Below the pieces are notes generated by a model that was given only the letters and a program-made list of their open reading frames with translations, had not been told where the DNA came from and did not search any database. The position numbers and the translations under genes are program-made. From contig CAVRAY010000002.1 in the NCBI GenBank assembly GCA_963719225.1, positions 128,001 to 192,000 on the forward strand: a DNA stretch of 64,000 bases. The letters are read 5' to 3'. Source of the DNA: Thermoanaerobaculia bacterium (GTDB lineage Bacteria > Acidobacteriota > Thermoanaerobaculia > UBA5066). Within the stretch, counting starts at the first letter, position 1. Each line of letters starts with the position of its first letter. Below are positions 62,642 to 64,000 of the stretch, in pieces.

Positions 62642-63292
62642 ATGAACCAGATGCGCCGCAGCATTCGCTTCCTCGTGCCGCTCTTCACGCTCGTCCTCTT
62701 CGCGTTCTTCGCGAGGGCGGACGAGCCCATCGTCGCGACGGCTCCCGCGCCGGCGGGGCTCGCGAAAGCCGCTTTCGCGGGCGGCTGCTTCTGGTGCATG
62801 CAGAGGCCGTACGACGACCTTCCGGGCGTCGTCTCGGCCACCGTGGGATACACGGGCGGCGAGAAGGCGAATCCCACGTACCACGAGGTCTCCGCCGGCG
62901 GCACGGGACACTTCGAGGCCATCGAGATCGTTTACGACCCGAAGAGGGTCACGTACGAGAAACTCCTCGACGTCTTCTGGCACAACGTCGACCCGACGAA
63001 CGCGAACGGCCAGTTCTGCGACAACGGCGCGCAGTACCGCACCGCGATCTTCGTCGCCGACGACGCGCAGCGGAAGGCGGCCGAGGCCAGCAAGAAGGCC
63101 CTCGAGGCCTCCGGCGTCCTGAAGCGTCCCATCGTCACCGAGATCCTGAAGGCGGGAACGTTCTGGAAGGCCGAGGGCTACCACCAGAGCTACTACAAGA
63201 AGAACCCGATCCGCTACAGCTTCTATCGCTCGGGCTGCGGGCGGGATGCGCGCCTGAAGCAGCTCTGGGGCGACGCCGCCCCGAAACACTGA
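62642..63292 (+). CDS. msrA: Peptide-methionine (S)-S-oxide reductase, exported
   Basis: FAGGCFWC, VGYTGG, GTGHFEA, GQFCD, AEGYHQSYY; signal peptide. Confidence 0.95.
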   Translation: MNQMRRSIRFLVPLFTLVLFAFFARADEPIVATAPAPAGLAKAAFAGGCFWCMQRPYDDLPGVVSATVGYTGGEKANPTYHEVSAGGTGHFEAIEIVYDPKRVTYEKLLDVFWHNVDPTNANGQFCDNGAQYRTAIFVADDAQRKAAEASKKALEASGVLKRPIVTEILKAGTFWKAEGYHQSYYKKNPIRYSFYRSGCGRDARLKQLWGDAAPKH

Positions 63293-63296
63293 GCCC

Positions 63297-63869
63297 CTAT
63301 CGTGAAATGCGACTGAGTACGTATGTCCGGAAGACTTTGTCGTGCCAGGCTTGTTTCTCGCCGTCCCAGATGACCCAGAGGAAACCAAGGTAGAAAATCG
63401 GTGCCGAGATAAGCGCGGCGAAAAGGTTACGGCCGAATGCGCGCCAGAAACCGATTGGGCCGCCCTCAGTGCCGACGACCTTCAAACCGACGACCTTGCG
63501 ACCCCAGGACTGGCCCGTAGCGCCGACCAAGTACGTGAAGTTCCAGAGGACCCACGCCCACGCAAAAATGTCAGCGGCGCCGGGTGCCCTCTGTTTATCG
63601 AAGAAGCTGCCTTGATGGTCCAGGATCGAGCGATCGACAACAAAGTAAACCGCGAAGGCGAGAGCGGTGAGGATCGCGCCATCGCATATGTCCGCGAAAA
63701 GACGATCCCAGAACCCCGCAAGATCCCAGTCGGCAGGGATTGCCGAGGGCGCCGTAGCTGAAGGATGGGCCGAAGGTGGCCGAGGCTGATACCGCCCGAA
63801 AATGATGCCGCAAGCAAGACATTCGTCCCGACCGTCGGGTTGGTCCGCGCCGCACTTCGGGCATTTCAC
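63297..63869 (-). CDS. RDD family membrane protein with an N-terminal zinc ribbon
   Basis: CPKC...CLAC, AGFWDRLFA, GQSWGRKVVGLKVV, WDGEKQAWHDKVFRTYV. Confidence 0.88.
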   Translation of the reverse strand: MKCPKCGADQPDGRDECLACGIIFGRYQPRPPSAHPSATAPSAIPADWDLAGFWDRLFADICDGAILTALAFAVYFVVDRSILDHQGSFFDKQRAPGAADIFAWAWVLWNFTYLVGATGQSWGRKVVGLKVVGTEGGPIGFWRAFGRNLFAALISAPIFYLGFLWVIWDGEKQAWHDKVFRTYVLSRISR

Positions 63870-64000
63870 GCTGGGCCTCTCTCGGTGACGAAGGTTGGAG
63901 AACGCGCCGCTTCGGCGCCGCCTACGAACGAACCGCCAAGTTTCTGACAGAGCTCACCGAGTCTTCCTGAGCAACGCCGAAAGGATGTTCAGGGGGTGGT

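Noticed and set aside
63870-64000. Possible feature at the window end
   Set aside because: Too short, with no recognisable ORF or RNA motif.

Overview
This is a GC-rich bacterial chromosome segment. The gene content suggests Acidobacteriota, probably Thermoanaerobaculia-like (inference from the VWFA-related protein, Oar-type TonB receptor, Ser/Thr kinase-propeller fusions and the futalosine-pathway gene mqnD). Positions 1-19.1 kb are accessory: two intact and one broken 14-blade BNR/VPS10-type beta-propeller surface-protein genes, a TonB-dependent receptor, a tandem-PAP2 vanadium-haloperoxidase-like gene, and two winged-helix-FHA regulators, each near a membrane Ser/Thr kinase. The rest is mostly core and metabolic genes: murF with a GCS2 ligase, ATP-grasp ligase and esterase, a two-component triad, DPP-IV, a Phd-VapC toxin-antitoxin pair, envelope glycosylation genes, truA, mqnD, pcrA, glpK, glmS, glmU and msrA. 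I saw no tRNA, rRNA, CRISPR array, integrase or transposase. The best novelty candidate is the 49.85-50.26 kb intergenic locus. It holds an unannotated 20-aa lysine-rich ORF with its own promoter, long structured leader, strong SD and terminator. The leader is overlapped on the opposite strand by a predicted ~145-nt structured antisense RNA with its own TTGACA promoter and terminator. Other notable signals are a recurrent purine-flanked TTCTTAGAA-type motif embedded even in essential genes, apparent ACG and CTG start codons, several internally deleted genes, and modular propeller proteins with swappable C-termini. All calls come from reading the sequence by eye; no database searches or folding programs were run.
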